A DNA stretch of 58,606 bases from a virus. Its lineage: Duplodnaviria > Heunggongvirae > Uroviricota > Caudoviricetes. Both the position numbers and the translations under genes were made by a program. Below are positions 10,001 through 19,794 of this stretch, piece by piece; within the stretch, counting starts at the first letter, position 1; every line of letters begins with the position of its first letter. The stretch lies in the IMG/VR virus record IMGVR_UViG_3300031992_000010. One strand, written 5' to 3'. The notes under the pieces are model-generated. The model had not been told where the DNA came from. It was given only the letters and a program-made list of their open reading frames with translations, and made no database searches.

Positions 10001-11486
10001 ATCGATTATTTGTAACACATCGATTTCATCACTTGATATTTCGAATGTGGTTGTTCCAAAGGACGCCAAATCGATAACCGTGGAATCGACATCACATATG
10101 ATTATGTCAAATATATTTAATGGCGATGGTAGTTATCAACGAAATGGTAATAATCCGGGACTTAATATTCCTTCAAGAAGAATGGTTGAATATAACGGAT
10201 ATATTTATTGGGTTGGTGGTGAAAATGATATAAATATTTATAGAACACCAACATCCGGCACCCAATCAGAAACCATTTGGAAAACGTTGGATTCGACCAA
10301 ATTTACATCAACGTTTAGTATTGTATGGATTTCCGGTTATCTTGTTGTTGCCGGTAATGCCTCACACCTGGCATTCATTTCATTGAGCACCGGTGAAATA
10401 ACATATACCCAATTAAATGAAACCAATACAAAATATTATTGGGTGGGTCTTGATGCCGTGGATCAAAATACGTGGGCGATTTCAACCGGATGGGGTAATT
10501 ATAATACATTGGCGGTAATGACATCCGATGGATTAAAACAAATTACACCATTAAAAATATATGGATTTAAATTCATTGATGACGTTCTTTGGATAACCCA
10601 TCAGGGTGGATTTGGTATTGGCACGTATAATTATGGGCTTTCAAAATTGGACCTTAACAATTTGGAACAGGGATTTGTAAATGTTCTTAATTTCTCAACA
10701 ACCGATATATATGGTAATATATATACAATTGGCAAATTCCCAATAAATTTCTTTATTGAGGAAATGCGTAATGCATTATATATAGTATCGTGGAAAGGAT
10801 ATATGCGTATAAGCAAGGATGGGGGTGAGACCTGGAGTCTTTATTCGCTTGGAACTTCAAGTTCCCAAACGGTAACAAAATTGGCTACAAGGTCGGACGG
10901 TACCGCATATATTTTTACAACGACATCCTATGGTATCACCATGTATAAATTAACAGGCCTTAATGGGACGAATTTTTCAAAATCGGAAATGAGAAATCAA
11001 AGTACAACACAAAATTATTCATTCCCTGTCCCGGTACAAAATGGAATATCATTCAATTACCTGTATAAGGAATATATGGGGCAAAATAGATATTCGGACA
11101 CCGCATTATATTATTATGATTTTGATTATTATTCAAAATATAAATCAATTTTAAATCAAAGTGGTTCATATGATTCGAATAAATATATTATAATAGAAAA
11201 TCTTATTGTATCGGATTATACCTATTACAATGTATTATGTAAAGTTAGAAACGCAACCACAACTTTATTTAACCTCGAATTATACTCCGGCCCAAATGAG
11301 ATTTTATTAATAGTTGATTCACCAACATGGCCAAGAAATAATGGTAATGTAGGTTTTTATTCGGCCAAAAAGAACCAATATGCCGGTGTTGAATGGTCAT
11401 TTGACCTATATAACGGCGAGGCGGAGGCAATATCGGAAAGAACATTACTTGCAACCGATGAGGAAATTGATGAAATATGTCAATAA
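7041..11486 (+). CDS. modular tail fibre/adhesin with a C-terminal beta-propeller-like region
   Basis: 1481 aa with three DWxxxD...NRTH motifs, Y/G/N-rich beta domains and an Asp-box (SKDGGETWS). Confidence 0.7.
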   Translation: MAETKYEIGLLNYTCDTYESAIEFLDNFGKHKPGQPICVLYGEEGNLKALFAVGTEAGDGYDIVGSVNTNDIARYVKWFTLDENGNPVPDQNQLRLIHNLPDDFDLDELSNGSNLLFIPVNDEIGYIYHNGILYASPYIEDKITKGELTVGETTYEEGTPLTDIIVDILGKIDPDNIKVKWENITGKPEKVEDAFNCSSFLKKENNLSELLNKQLAARNLLIWDGMVNNTILKIENGEIKWGNVTIGWYHGDDPIPGTEVRFVKMSKAEYEALTSPSIYKLYFVDAGGGTFELFLGPYPIKPTSYNIYKNPNPPSDLQEQYMLLDSGGNICGSTIDIPKDKFVTHAELKTVTEPDVPYEGAKVGDEYIDLEVMYCEDHIYIPLGDLDVPQSDWGENDPTSPTHILNRTHWTDEPVEEEVIVAEYTGGSDVNIPLNEPLVAGKTYTVVSSGYPDEQYNYTMEIPVLYYESGDYFEIPLRYGNFQSIEGIDVIRLNGPTEENANIVIKYTKTTQEIHSLSQEYIQNPLVDWGQSDPTGAGYVKNRTHYDDGGYDDVIGKTLTFNNSGNIGGAYFFDPLFEPKEGEIYYFKIGNYLQKLNPMAWYENNGLKYLSCSGGNYWGGGTYFFFPDGNTDPNSGAKRAVVSPGGNPNFLKGQTFNLLRKKADATKPLDKKYIPAGASDWNQNDPTRQGYVENRTHYEKITDEEYAVFEGTFTVDGSSWTIPEEHITDYKLWETGNVGYNLFVLEIDGIRYGRASTYISNTVAYGGGNALYDPTENYGDVSFGSFSFGTNGSGFNAYFYFYASGTNINPATQEPIFDPNETHSYKFYGIKTVKNIKEIEGKYLPAGSTYVEHVYDGDFRAESGDYNKYIYFNLDKEYGLKDAIFTVNFLGTEYKLKFTNIYTYTGDYHENMEDWYGSTQYIYFDPNNSNSYFYIYYTSAFSTGDGYNAYLYISKNRNTTYSGHATVDVEYVKVLNGKYLPQDMLSKSIICNTSISSLDISNVVVPKDAKSITVESTSHMIMSNIFNGDGSYQRNGNNPGLNIPSRRMVEYNGYIYWVGGENDINIYRTPTSGTQSETIWKTLDSTKFTSTFSIVWISGYLVVAGNASHLAFISLSTGEITYTQLNETNTKYYWVGLDAVDQNTWAISTGWGNYNTLAVMTSDGLKQITPLKIYGFKFIDDVLWITHQGGFGIGTYNYGLSKLDLNNLEQGFVNVLNFSTTDIYGNIYTIGKFPINFFIEEMRNALYIVSWKGYMRISKDGGETWSLYSLGTSSSQTVTKLATRSDGTAYIFTTTSYGITMYKLTGLNGTNFSKSEMRNQSTTQNYSFPVPVQNGISFNYLYKEYMGQNRYSDTALYYYDFDYYSKYKSILNQSGSYDSNKYIIIENLIVSDYTYYNVLCKVRNATTTLFNLELYSGPNEILLIVDSPTWPRNNGNVGFYSAKKNQYAGVEWSFDLYNGEAEAISERTLLATDEEIDEICQ

Positions 11487-11517
11487 ACAATTTTATTATT
11501 ATAAAAAATAGTTTGGT

Positions 11518-13536
11518 ATGTTAGAATACAATCTTAAACAAACATTAATAAAATTTTGGAATAAGGCGAAACAAACATTCGCATTAAAGACCGAGTTGGC
11601 ACAACCTGATTGGAACCAAAATGATGACACCCAACCCGATTATGTAAATAATCGTACGCATTGGGAGGAACCTGAAATATACAACGAGGTATTTAATGGG
11701 GAAAATCTTAATTATACAACCTCCGGCAATTTAACATCATATCAGGTAAATTCAAATATTCCGATTTTATCCGAGGGCAGACATTATGAATTAAATATCG
11801 GGGAATACAATTTTGATGGAATATGTAAAAAATATGAGAATGTTGCAGGTTCCTACGGTTATTACATAGGGAATGGAAGTATTTCAATACAAGGTGAACC
11901 TGATACCGGGGAGGATTTTATAGTTTATACATCGGGCAGATCATTATCCGCGCCTGAAATTATGTGGTTTATAATGAAAAATAACTCCCCTGCCGGAGAA
12001 TATGATACATTATTGGCTCTCCACGAAGGTGGTGTACATCGACTTGATAAAAAATTCCTGCCTGATGATGTGGTGTATAGTGACGATATCACACAATCCG
12101 ATTGGGATCAAAATAACCCCGAGGCAAGTGATTATATAAAGAATCGTACACATTGGGAGATACCTGAAACTGTAATAATGAATAAAACATTTCCTGCTCC
12201 TGGCGACGGAACAGTTTTCTTTAATTTGGATACTCCTTTAATTGCAGGTGAATTATATACTGTATCCATTCAAGGTATTTCTTCAGGATTTGATACCACG
12301 GAAGAAATAGTTGCTGCAGGAGATAGTGATGGTGCATATTTAACTAATTCTAAAGGACTTGAAATAGGGTATTCAGTTACTGGATTTCAGTCAGGATATA
12401 ATGCTTATTATACAGGTATTGGAGCAAATTATGGTGAAGTTGTTACTGTTACAAAAAGTGGAGAATTGCATCGACTTGATAAAAAATTCCTACCCGAGGA
12501 CGTGGTGTATGATGACGATATCGCACAACCTGACTGGAATCAAAATGACAACACCCAACCCGATTTCATTAAAAATAGAACACATTGGACAGAAACTGTG
12601 CACCATGAAGAACTTCTTTTTGAAGGAGATGTTACATATCAACATTATAATATGTATACAGCTTATGGAATTATATCTAATCAATTTACGGTAGATAGTC
12701 TCGAAGATTTATTAAGAATTGAAGTTTATTCGGATGGAGGACGTCTTGAAAAAAATACAAGTGAGGGGTATACATTTTATAGAAATAATAATTGGTGGTC
12801 TTTGTATTTTGTATCCTCCTTTGGAGGAACACCAAACAAATTAGTACATGATACAACAAATCCTATTACACCTACTATTCATTTAGAAATAGATGATAAT
12901 TATAAGGATACTACTCATCATATAGTAATAAAAAAAGAGTGGGATGAACAAATATATTATACTATAGATGAGCATTATATTCCTGATACAATAGCAAGAC
13001 AGTCCGAAATTGATTCCTTGGACTCTACTGCCGGAATTGCTTCTATTCAAAATGATATAATTACTTTAAAACAAGGAATTGTTCAAACTGATGGTTTGGT
13101 GGAAAATAATGGTGAACAGGATATTGAATTGGCAAAGGTTGCCAAAACAGGTAGTTATAATGACTTATTAAATAAAATATTTGTCAAAACGGATACCACC
13201 AATTTAACGCAGGCAATGAATCCAAATACATTATATGTTTGGACAAATGCACTGGTTGAAGGAAATATTCTTGCCCCTACATTGGTTGCCGCCACGGCCA
13301 CCGATATTATTTCCGAATATATGGGGAAATTTACAACAGGTGCAACGGTTCCTACGTTGAGTTTCCCTGACAATATTATATGGCAAACGGGTATACCTAC
13401 ATTACAACCGCTTCACACCTATGAATTTTCCATTATGGATAATATAGGGATATTTAGCCCTATGGGATATGTTACGGAGTCCGAGGTGCAAACCATGATC
13501 AATGCAAATAAATTAAAGTGGACAGTAATAAATTAA
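11518..13536 (+). CDS. modular tail fibre/adhesin protein
   Basis: Three DWNQND..NRTHW modules and an LAKVAKTGSYNDL fibre motif. Confidence 0.7.
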   Translation: MLEYNLKQTLIKFWNKAKQTFALKTELAQPDWNQNDDTQPDYVNNRTHWEEPEIYNEVFNGENLNYTTSGNLTSYQVNSNIPILSEGRHYELNIGEYNFDGICKKYENVAGSYGYYIGNGSISIQGEPDTGEDFIVYTSGRSLSAPEIMWFIMKNNSPAGEYDTLLALHEGGVHRLDKKFLPDDVVYSDDITQSDWDQNNPEASDYIKNRTHWEIPETVIMNKTFPAPGDGTVFFNLDTPLIAGELYTVSIQGISSGFDTTEEIVAAGDSDGAYLTNSKGLEIGYSVTGFQSGYNAYYTGIGANYGEVVTVTKSGELHRLDKKFLPEDVVYDDDIAQPDWNQNDNTQPDFIKNRTHWTETVHHEELLFEGDVTYQHYNMYTAYGIISNQFTVDSLEDLLRIEVYSDGGRLEKNTSEGYTFYRNNNWWSLYFVSSFGGTPNKLVHDTTNPITPTIHLEIDDNYKDTTHHIVIKKEWDEQIYYTIDEHYIPDTIARQSEIDSLDSTAGIASIQNDIITLKQGIVQTDGLVENNGEQDIELAKVAKTGSYNDLLNKIFVKTDTTNLTQAMNPNTLYVWTNALVEGNILAPTLVAATATDIISEYMGKFTTGATVPTLSFPDNIIWQTGIPTLQPLHTYEFSIMDNIGIFSPMGYVTESEVQTMINANKLKWTVIN

Positions 13537-13542
13537 TACATT

Positions 13543-14151
13543 ATGTTTGGTAGAAGAAGAATATTATTTCCTGCACAAGGAGTGGAGACAGGGGAGCCGG
13601 TTACCCCGGGTCCGAAGATACTTTATGATATGCTTGTAGATACATATAATGTAGTTACATCTTATAAATTATCGGATATACATAGTGATGAGGAAACACC
13701 CTGGAAAAAGTTAACATATACATTTAGTGCCCCCAACACATCCCTAAAGGTGGCCATGAAAACCCAGTTAAGTATAATTCAAAGAAATGCCGATGTTATA
13801 TATGATGAGATTACTCATACAGTAACGGATTTAGACGGTTATACCACCACTAAAACAAGTCCTCTACTATGTTTAATCCATACTATAGATTTAGGTTCAA
13901 ATCAAATAGGACGGGAGATTTTATTAAGTGATATGGTTGCATTGGATGGTATTTATGAAAATTTTCCTTTAATAGGCAGTAAACTTGCAATTTATGATAC
14001 GGATGTATCCAAATTTCCTTATTATAAGCAAAATACAATAGAAGTTTATGAAAATAAAATAAAGATTATAGGAAATATATTACTTAATAAGGATTATTTT
14101 TTAGTAAACATGGAGCAAAAAAAGGCCATGCATTTTGTATTTATGGGATAA
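13543..14151 (+). CDS. hypothetical protein in the tail-fibre block
   Basis: 202-aa ORF tightly packed between fibre genes; MFGRRRILF start. Confidence 0.65.
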   Translation: MFGRRRILFPAQGVETGEPVTPGPKILYDMLVDTYNVVTSYKLSDIHSDEETPWKKLTYTFSAPNTSLKVAMKTQLSIIQRNADVIYDEITHTVTDLDGYTTTKTSPLLCLIHTIDLGSNQIGREILLSDMVALDGIYENFPLIGSKLAIYDTDVSKFPYYKQNTIEVYENKIKIIGNILLNKDYFLVNMEQKKAMHFVFMG

Positions 14152-14164
14152 AAAAATTACAATT

Positions 14165-16495
14165 ATGGATAATAATACGGATGTTAAATTTTATGCCTTA
14201 TTAAAGGCTTCGTTGCCTACGGCACCGAAAGTTGATGGGGCATTTTATTTTTGCAAGGATACTGATGAAATGTATATATATGAAGGTTCCGTTGAAAGTG
14301 GCTCCTTTCATTATTTAGGAAAACAATCCGACTGGAATCAAAATAACCCCGAGGTGGGAGATTATATAAAGAATCGCACCCATTGGAAGGAAATAGTTGG
14401 AACCGACTATTCATCCGATATGGACTTTACCCAATTATATTATGGAGTCAATACGGATGATGGAGGTAAAATGGATCATTTTGATTACGGTTATGCAAGA
14501 TTCGATGTGGTGAATCAGGATCCGGAGGCATTTATAGACCGTTCCTTCCACCGGGATTCAACAGGTGATCCGCTTGAAGGTAAAATAGAATGGTATGACG
14601 AGGTTGAGACCGGATGGTTTGAGATGTATGGTGATGGGTACCTTATTGCAGTTCTTGTGACCGACGATTATGATCCACAATCCGTTCAATTTCATACGGT
14701 TGATGAGAATGGTTTCCCGGTTGATTTTACAACAACACCGGGTCTATATGTGGTAAATGCCATAAATGGAAGCGTGGAGGATGGTGAAATACTTGGATTA
14801 TTTGATTTCTTCATCGACCACGAAACAATATATCACACAATAGGCAAGGAATATTTACCTCCTGTTGAATGGGATGAAATCCTAAATAAAACACACGGAA
14901 TTGAGGAAACGACAGGCGAAACCATTGTGATTGAGGCAAGTGCGTTTACCGATGATGATGAATTTTGTACGGCAACATTTGCGGATTCATATACAACCTG
15001 TTACCGTAAATTTGGTTTAATATACGAGGATGGATGGGTTGATGAATGGTATGGTTCATTAAAGATGCTAAAAGCCGGGGAGACCGAGTTTATTGATTGT
15101 AGTGATGGTATCCCAATGTTTGAGGCCGGTGATTTATTATTATTTGGTAACCCGCACCTATATGATAGTACATTTGAGGATAATGGTGAACTATATGTGG
15201 CATATGAGTTGGTTTCAAATCAGGATAACCATTGGAATATAAAAATCGATTCCGAATTTGCCTGGTTGGAAGAATTGACCGAAATGGATATTCAGGATAT
15301 TGCAAATATCAAAAAACTTGATAAGGTATATCTTCCGTCCGATACGGTATACCAACACGACCTTGCACCTGTTGCAACCTCAAATGACTACAATGACTTG
15401 GATAACAAACCAACAATTCCGGTTCAACCTACCAAAACGAGTGATTTAATCAACGATGGTAATGGCGATAGTCCTTCAAATCCTTTTGTTACGGAAAATG
15501 ATTTGGAGGCCGTTCAGGATCTTATTTCCACCGAGGCCTCGGAACAAAATAAACTTATATCACAATCGGAGGCGGAGGAAATGGTACAAACCTTATCACT
15601 CTCACCTATTGTTGCCGACAATACGGGTACAAAATCCTTTGATTTTGAATCGGTTATGTATTCATCGATGGTTCCGGATTCAACCAATCTTGAGATCGGT
15701 CCTTGGTATAAAAACGAGGGTTCGGGTTTTGTTGAATGTGGTTCCACATCGGGGGTATATGTAGGATTGAATGATTCCACGGTCGTGCTTAACGATGAAT
15801 CACTATTCTATTACTTTGCCCACGGCTACCGTTATCAAAGAATAAAAATCGGTGTTGTGGGTGTATATGGTAAGATTAGGACACCATACGGGGAAAATGT
15901 TGACCTAATATATTCCGATGGAACGGGTTTGTCGGGTAAATTTGCAGGTGTACCTTGTATATATTTTTATGACGACCACAACCAGTTTGGTCATAATTCC
16001 CGTGTTATATATGTATGCAGGGTTTCCAACCTTGTATCCAAAACAAACGCGGCCGAGGAATACCTGATGGCAAACGCAACGGATACAATAAACGATATCG
16101 CGGGGGGCGATGATCCGGACGCAACATATGATATTATTTATCCTACAACAAAATATGTATGTACGCAGGCGCAAACGGCCTCATCCGACCCGGTATGGAC
16201 ATATTTATTCACCGTAAATGATACAACATTTTCCAACGAGGAATGGGCCGTATTGAAATCAAAGGCCACAAGGGAAAAGATAGGACAGATAGAAACAAAT
16301 AGACAGGCAATTGAAGGTCTTGCGGATGTGGCAAGGTCGGGTTCCTATAATGATTTGAATGATACACCGTCCATTCCTACCAAAACGAGTGACCTGGTGA
16401 ATGATGGTGAAGGCGATTCGCCTTTGAACCCATATATAAAATCAAGTGATTTGGTGGCAGGTCAAAGTGATTTGGATTATATAATGGGGAATTAA
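14165..16495 (+). CDS. acidic modular tail fibre/adhesin protein
   Basis: One DWNQNN..NRTHW module and two copies of Y/NDL...PTKTSDL.NDG.GDSP.NP. Start moved to MDNNTD at 14165. Confidence 0.65.
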   Translation: MDNNTDVKFYALLKASLPTAPKVDGAFYFCKDTDEMYIYEGSVESGSFHYLGKQSDWNQNNPEVGDYIKNRTHWKEIVGTDYSSDMDFTQLYYGVNTDDGGKMDHFDYGYARFDVVNQDPEAFIDRSFHRDSTGDPLEGKIEWYDEVETGWFEMYGDGYLIAVLVTDDYDPQSVQFHTVDENGFPVDFTTTPGLYVVNAINGSVEDGEILGLFDFFIDHETIYHTIGKEYLPPVEWDEILNKTHGIEETTGETIVIEASAFTDDDEFCTATFADSYTTCYRKFGLIYEDGWVDEWYGSLKMLKAGETEFIDCSDGIPMFEAGDLLLFGNPHLYDSTFEDNGELYVAYELVSNQDNHWNIKIDSEFAWLEELTEMDIQDIANIKKLDKVYLPSDTVYQHDLAPVATSNDYNDLDNKPTIPVQPTKTSDLINDGNGDSPSNPFVTENDLEAVQDLISTEASEQNKLISQSEAEEMVQTLSLSPIVADNTGTKSFDFESVMYSSMVPDSTNLEIGPWYKNEGSGFVECGSTSGVYVGLNDSTVVLNDESLFYYFAHGYRYQRIKIGVVGVYGKIRTPYGENVDLIYSDGTGLSGKFAGVPCIYFYDDHNQFGHNSRVIYVCRVSNLVSKTNAAEEYLMANATDTINDIAGGDDPDATYDIIYPTTKYVCTQAQTASSDPVWTYLFTVNDTTFSNEEWAVLKSKATREKIGQIETNRQAIEGLADVARSGSYNDLNDTPSIPTKTSDLVNDGEGDSPLNPYIKSSDLVAGQSDLDYIMGN

Positions 16496-16527
16496 TTATT
16501 ATTATTATAAAATAAATACTATGGAAT

Positions 16528-19500
16528 ATGGCTTTGGATATAAATTTAAGAAATACATTAAAGGCAGTTGTTAATGAAGTAAAAACCTTTATATCAGGCA
16601 CCTACCTCTCAAAATCAAACAATCTTTCGGATGTGTCAAATAGACAAACCGCCCTCAATACGTTATTGGGTGCGGATACAACAAAGGCAGGTAGTATTCC
16701 TTATGTGGATGCCACCGGAAATATCATATTGACAAATAGATACGAGAGTGGTGCGGGGATGGTTGCCAATGAAGTATCCATCCATGACCATAGAAATAGT
16801 CTTGTAGGACCGTCCGGGGATGTTTACGTTCCCATGATGTATTTCATACATAGGAATTCGATGGACAAATTTGAGTTGGAATTTTCCGTTTTTTCCGTCG
16901 ACAATCAATCCCTACCTACATATTACGGTCGATATGTATTTAACCGCTCAAATGTAGTCGGTATGAGATTCTACTGCCTCGATTGGGTATGTAGCAACAA
17001 TGCGCAGATGGACTATGATGATATTCTTGCAGTTGATTCAGGCAGCATCACCCATGATGGTATACAATATGATACGACGACAATCTACCGCAAAAGATCC
17101 AATACCCCGGATTTTGCCGCATATTGTATACATTCAATGTCCACATATTCATATGATTGGTCAAGGGGATACGTTATTCCGACATATTATACGGGCAATT
17201 ATGACCATGTGCCGTTGAAGGATGGTGAGCAGATTCTTGCGACCACCGACCTAAAATCATTAAATGACCTTACAAATCCGGTTGTCCCAATACGTCAATC
17301 AACACAACCTGACTGGAATCAAAATGATAGTGAAGCAGCCGATCATATAAAGAATAGGATATGTTACAGTGAAACTTCCGGTAGCCCATATAAAAATGGT
17401 GATACTGATGTATCAGTGGAAGTCAATTTGAGTCAAACCGTAACATTTAAATATGATGTATATGATTATTTGGAATCCACTGATGAAATATTAGGTAGAA
17501 CTTTGACACTTAACGCAATGGGTCAAACTATGGAATTAAATATAGATGATTCCGCCATATATGCTGAAACAAATGGTTCATTTCTTATTGTCCAGTCAGG
17601 AAATGAATTGCCATTTGTTGCAAACATAAAGGACTCATCTTTTCAATTTTATCAACTGTTTGGTAGAACAGGATTATTCATTGTTAGTGGTATGATAAAC
17701 CCGGCGCAAGCAGATTATGAATATTATCTATCAGCACAGGAGACAATTCATAAAATAGATGACAAATATTTACCAACACAAGCGGCACGCGTCGGGCATG
17801 GCATAAACTCTGTTGAGGAAAGCAGAGGACTTGCATTTGGTGGGTATTCCCATGCGGAAGGTTTGAGTGATGTTTATGATACACTTGAATTGACATATAG
17901 TAGTACAAATACATATACTGTAGATTATGAGGTTGAAAAAGAATTGATTGGCCGTTATGTGTTTTATAATGGACAATATTATCAAATAACGGATATACAA
18001 TATGATGACGCCAATGACGTATCTACCATCGAATTTGATGGACTCGATGTAAATGATACAATAGAAGTTGATGTTTTTACTGGAGCTTCCGGGGATTATT
18101 CCCATGTGGAAGGATACCGTACAACAGCAATTGGTAATAACTCCCATGCAGAAGGGAAAAATACAATCACAAGTGGAGGTAATTCCCATGCAGAAGGATA
18201 CCTCGCAATAGCAAGTGGCGATGATTCCCATGCGGAAGGATATAATACAATGGCAAGTGGTGAAACTTCCCATGCAGAAGGATATAATACGGCAGCAAGT
18301 GGTAATTATTCTCATGCAGAAGGACAAGCCACAAAAGCAAGTGGTGAAACTTCCCATGCAGAAGGATACCTCACAATAGCAAGTGGTGAAACTTCCCATG
18401 CGGAAGGATACTACACAATAGCAGCGTCAGGCTCCCAACACGTTTTTGGAAAATATAATGTCGAGGATAATTATAAAACGGGTATTCCTGAATGGGTAGG
18501 CGGTACATCATATCAAGTGGGTGATAAAGTCCTTCGAAATAATGAATTATATCAATGCAGGACTGCAAATAATGATTCAAGTTTTGTTTATTCAAAATGG
18601 GATTATAAAGGAGACATTGGTACCTATATCGAAATAGTTGGTAATGGTACATCAAATAACTCCCGCTCAAATGCCCGTACACTTGATTGGGATGGTAATG
18701 AAATATTGAAAGGTAATCTTACAATTGGTAATGCATTAAATACCGGAACAAGTACTTTGACGGGAGCAAATAGTTTAACAATAACAAATACACAAGGCTC
18801 CTATCAAGGTTCAATTCAAAGTTTAAATATTATTAGTAAGTCGCGTTCGGTATTGAATATTCTTTCCGGAGGAACATCAGGTACAACATCAACAATAAAT
18901 ATTAGTACCTGGTCGGATGACCCTACCAATGTATCAAATATGGATTCAGGTTCCGGTGGGGGTATGAATATTTATACGGAGAAATTAAAATTATTTAATC
19001 AAACATCTCCTGCACAAGGTTTATTTATAAATACCTTTGGACACCTACAATCGTCCGGTAATTCATTTACGATTGAAAATACCGGTGAAGGACAAACCGC
19101 CACAAACCTATATCTTATCGCACAACCCGGTGAAGGTGCAACAGGTCCCGGAACCGCATATCTTCAAGGTAAAGGTAATCCAAATTCAGGGGCAGGAGGT
19201 TCGGTTTATGTTGAAGCCACCGGTTCCGGAAGTGGTGGGGGTGGTTACCTAAATTTAACGGCATCAGGCTCGCAGGATACGGCGACATCAGGATCAGGAG
19301 GTACGGTTAATATAACGGCAATTGGTGCAGGTAATGCCGGTGGAGGTACAATTAACATAACATCATACGCCGCCCAAAATGGAACAGGCCGAAGTGGAGG
19401 TGCGATTTATATTTCCGCACAATCGGGTACTTCCGACAGTTCAATAAGTATTGCCGCCGACACCATTACACTTGCCGGTGCGGTTAAACAACTTAAAAAG

Positions 19501-19788
19501 GCCATATCAACATCATCCTGTACACCGGATACATATTACTGTCCAACTGCGGCCATTGCCGCCCTTGTATGTGATGATACAGGTTTTACCGGTGATTACA
19601 ATTATACATTCTCCGGTTGCTTTACTGCAGCCGCAGGTATGACACAAATGCCTACACAAACCGATTATCAATCAATAACAATGACCTGGTATGGTGATAT
19701 CGGTATAGAGACCGGCGAGAGATATATGTTCTGCTCAACAAAGGTATCTGCAACGGAATATGTCGGGGTAGTGACAAAATTAGTATAA
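16528..19788 (+). CDS. tail fibre/adhesin with YadA-head-like SHAEG repeats, a CBM5/12-like motif and a Gly-rich C-terminus
   Basis: 14-aa SHAEG repeats, PEWVGGTSYQVGDKVLRNNELYQC motif and a G/S/T-rich beta region. Confidence 0.7.
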   Translation: MALDINLRNTLKAVVNEVKTFISGTYLSKSNNLSDVSNRQTALNTLLGADTTKAGSIPYVDATGNIILTNRYESGAGMVANEVSIHDHRNSLVGPSGDVYVPMMYFIHRNSMDKFELEFSVFSVDNQSLPTYYGRYVFNRSNVVGMRFYCLDWVCSNNAQMDYDDILAVDSGSITHDGIQYDTTTIYRKRSNTPDFAAYCIHSMSTYSYDWSRGYVIPTYYTGNYDHVPLKDGEQILATTDLKSLNDLTNPVVPIRQSTQPDWNQNDSEAADHIKNRICYSETSGSPYKNGDTDVSVEVNLSQTVTFKYDVYDYLESTDEILGRTLTLNAMGQTMELNIDDSAIYAETNGSFLIVQSGNELPFVANIKDSSFQFYQLFGRTGLFIVSGMINPAQADYEYYLSAQETIHKIDDKYLPTQAARVGHGINSVEESRGLAFGGYSHAEGLSDVYDTLELTYSSTNTYTVDYEVEKELIGRYVFYNGQYYQITDIQYDDANDVSTIEFDGLDVNDTIEVDVFTGASGDYSHVEGYRTTAIGNNSHAEGKNTITSGGNSHAEGYLAIASGDDSHAEGYNTMASGETSHAEGYNTAASGNYSHAEGQATKASGETSHAEGYLTIASGETSHAEGYYTIAASGSQHVFGKYNVEDNYKTGIPEWVGGTSYQVGDKVLRNNELYQCRTANNDSSFVYSKWDYKGDIGTYIEIVGNGTSNNSRSNARTLDWDGNEILKGNLTIGNALNTGTSTLTGANSLTITNTQGSYQGSIQSLNIISKSRSVLNILSGGTSGTTSTINISTWSDDPTNVSNMDSGSGGGMNIYTEKLKLFNQTSPAQGLFINTFGHLQSSGNSFTIENTGEGQTATNLYLIAQPGEGATGPGTAYLQGKGNPNSGAGGSVYVEATGSGSGGGGYLNLTASGSQDTATSGSGGTVNITAIGAGNAGGGTINITSYAAQNGTGRSGGAIYISAQSGTSDSSISIAADTITLAGAVKQLKKAISTSSCTPDTYYCPTAAIAALVCDDTGFTGDYNYTFSGCFTAAAGMTQMPTQTDYQSITMTWYGDIGIETGERYMFCSTKVSATEYVGVVTKLV
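18097..18432 (+). repeat. 42-nt tandem repeat, 8 copies (xSHAEGxxTxASGx)
   Basis: Recurrent TCCCATGC(A/G)GAAGGA core at 42-nt spacing. Confidence 0.9.
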
Positions 19789-19794
19789 AGGATT

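Larger units (their letters stand above)
8214..17367 (+). repeat. eight dispersed 57-nt module-boundary repeats (DWxQND-x5-[YF][IV]KNRTH[WY])
   Basis: Copies start at 8214, 8622, 9078, 11608, 12100, 12532, 14330 and 17311. Each is 19 codons long. Confidence 0.9.

Noticed and set aside
8214-18432. CRISPR-like repeat array
   Set aside because: The repeats are in-frame protein motifs with synonymous variation and spacers of hundreds of bases; no cas genes are present.
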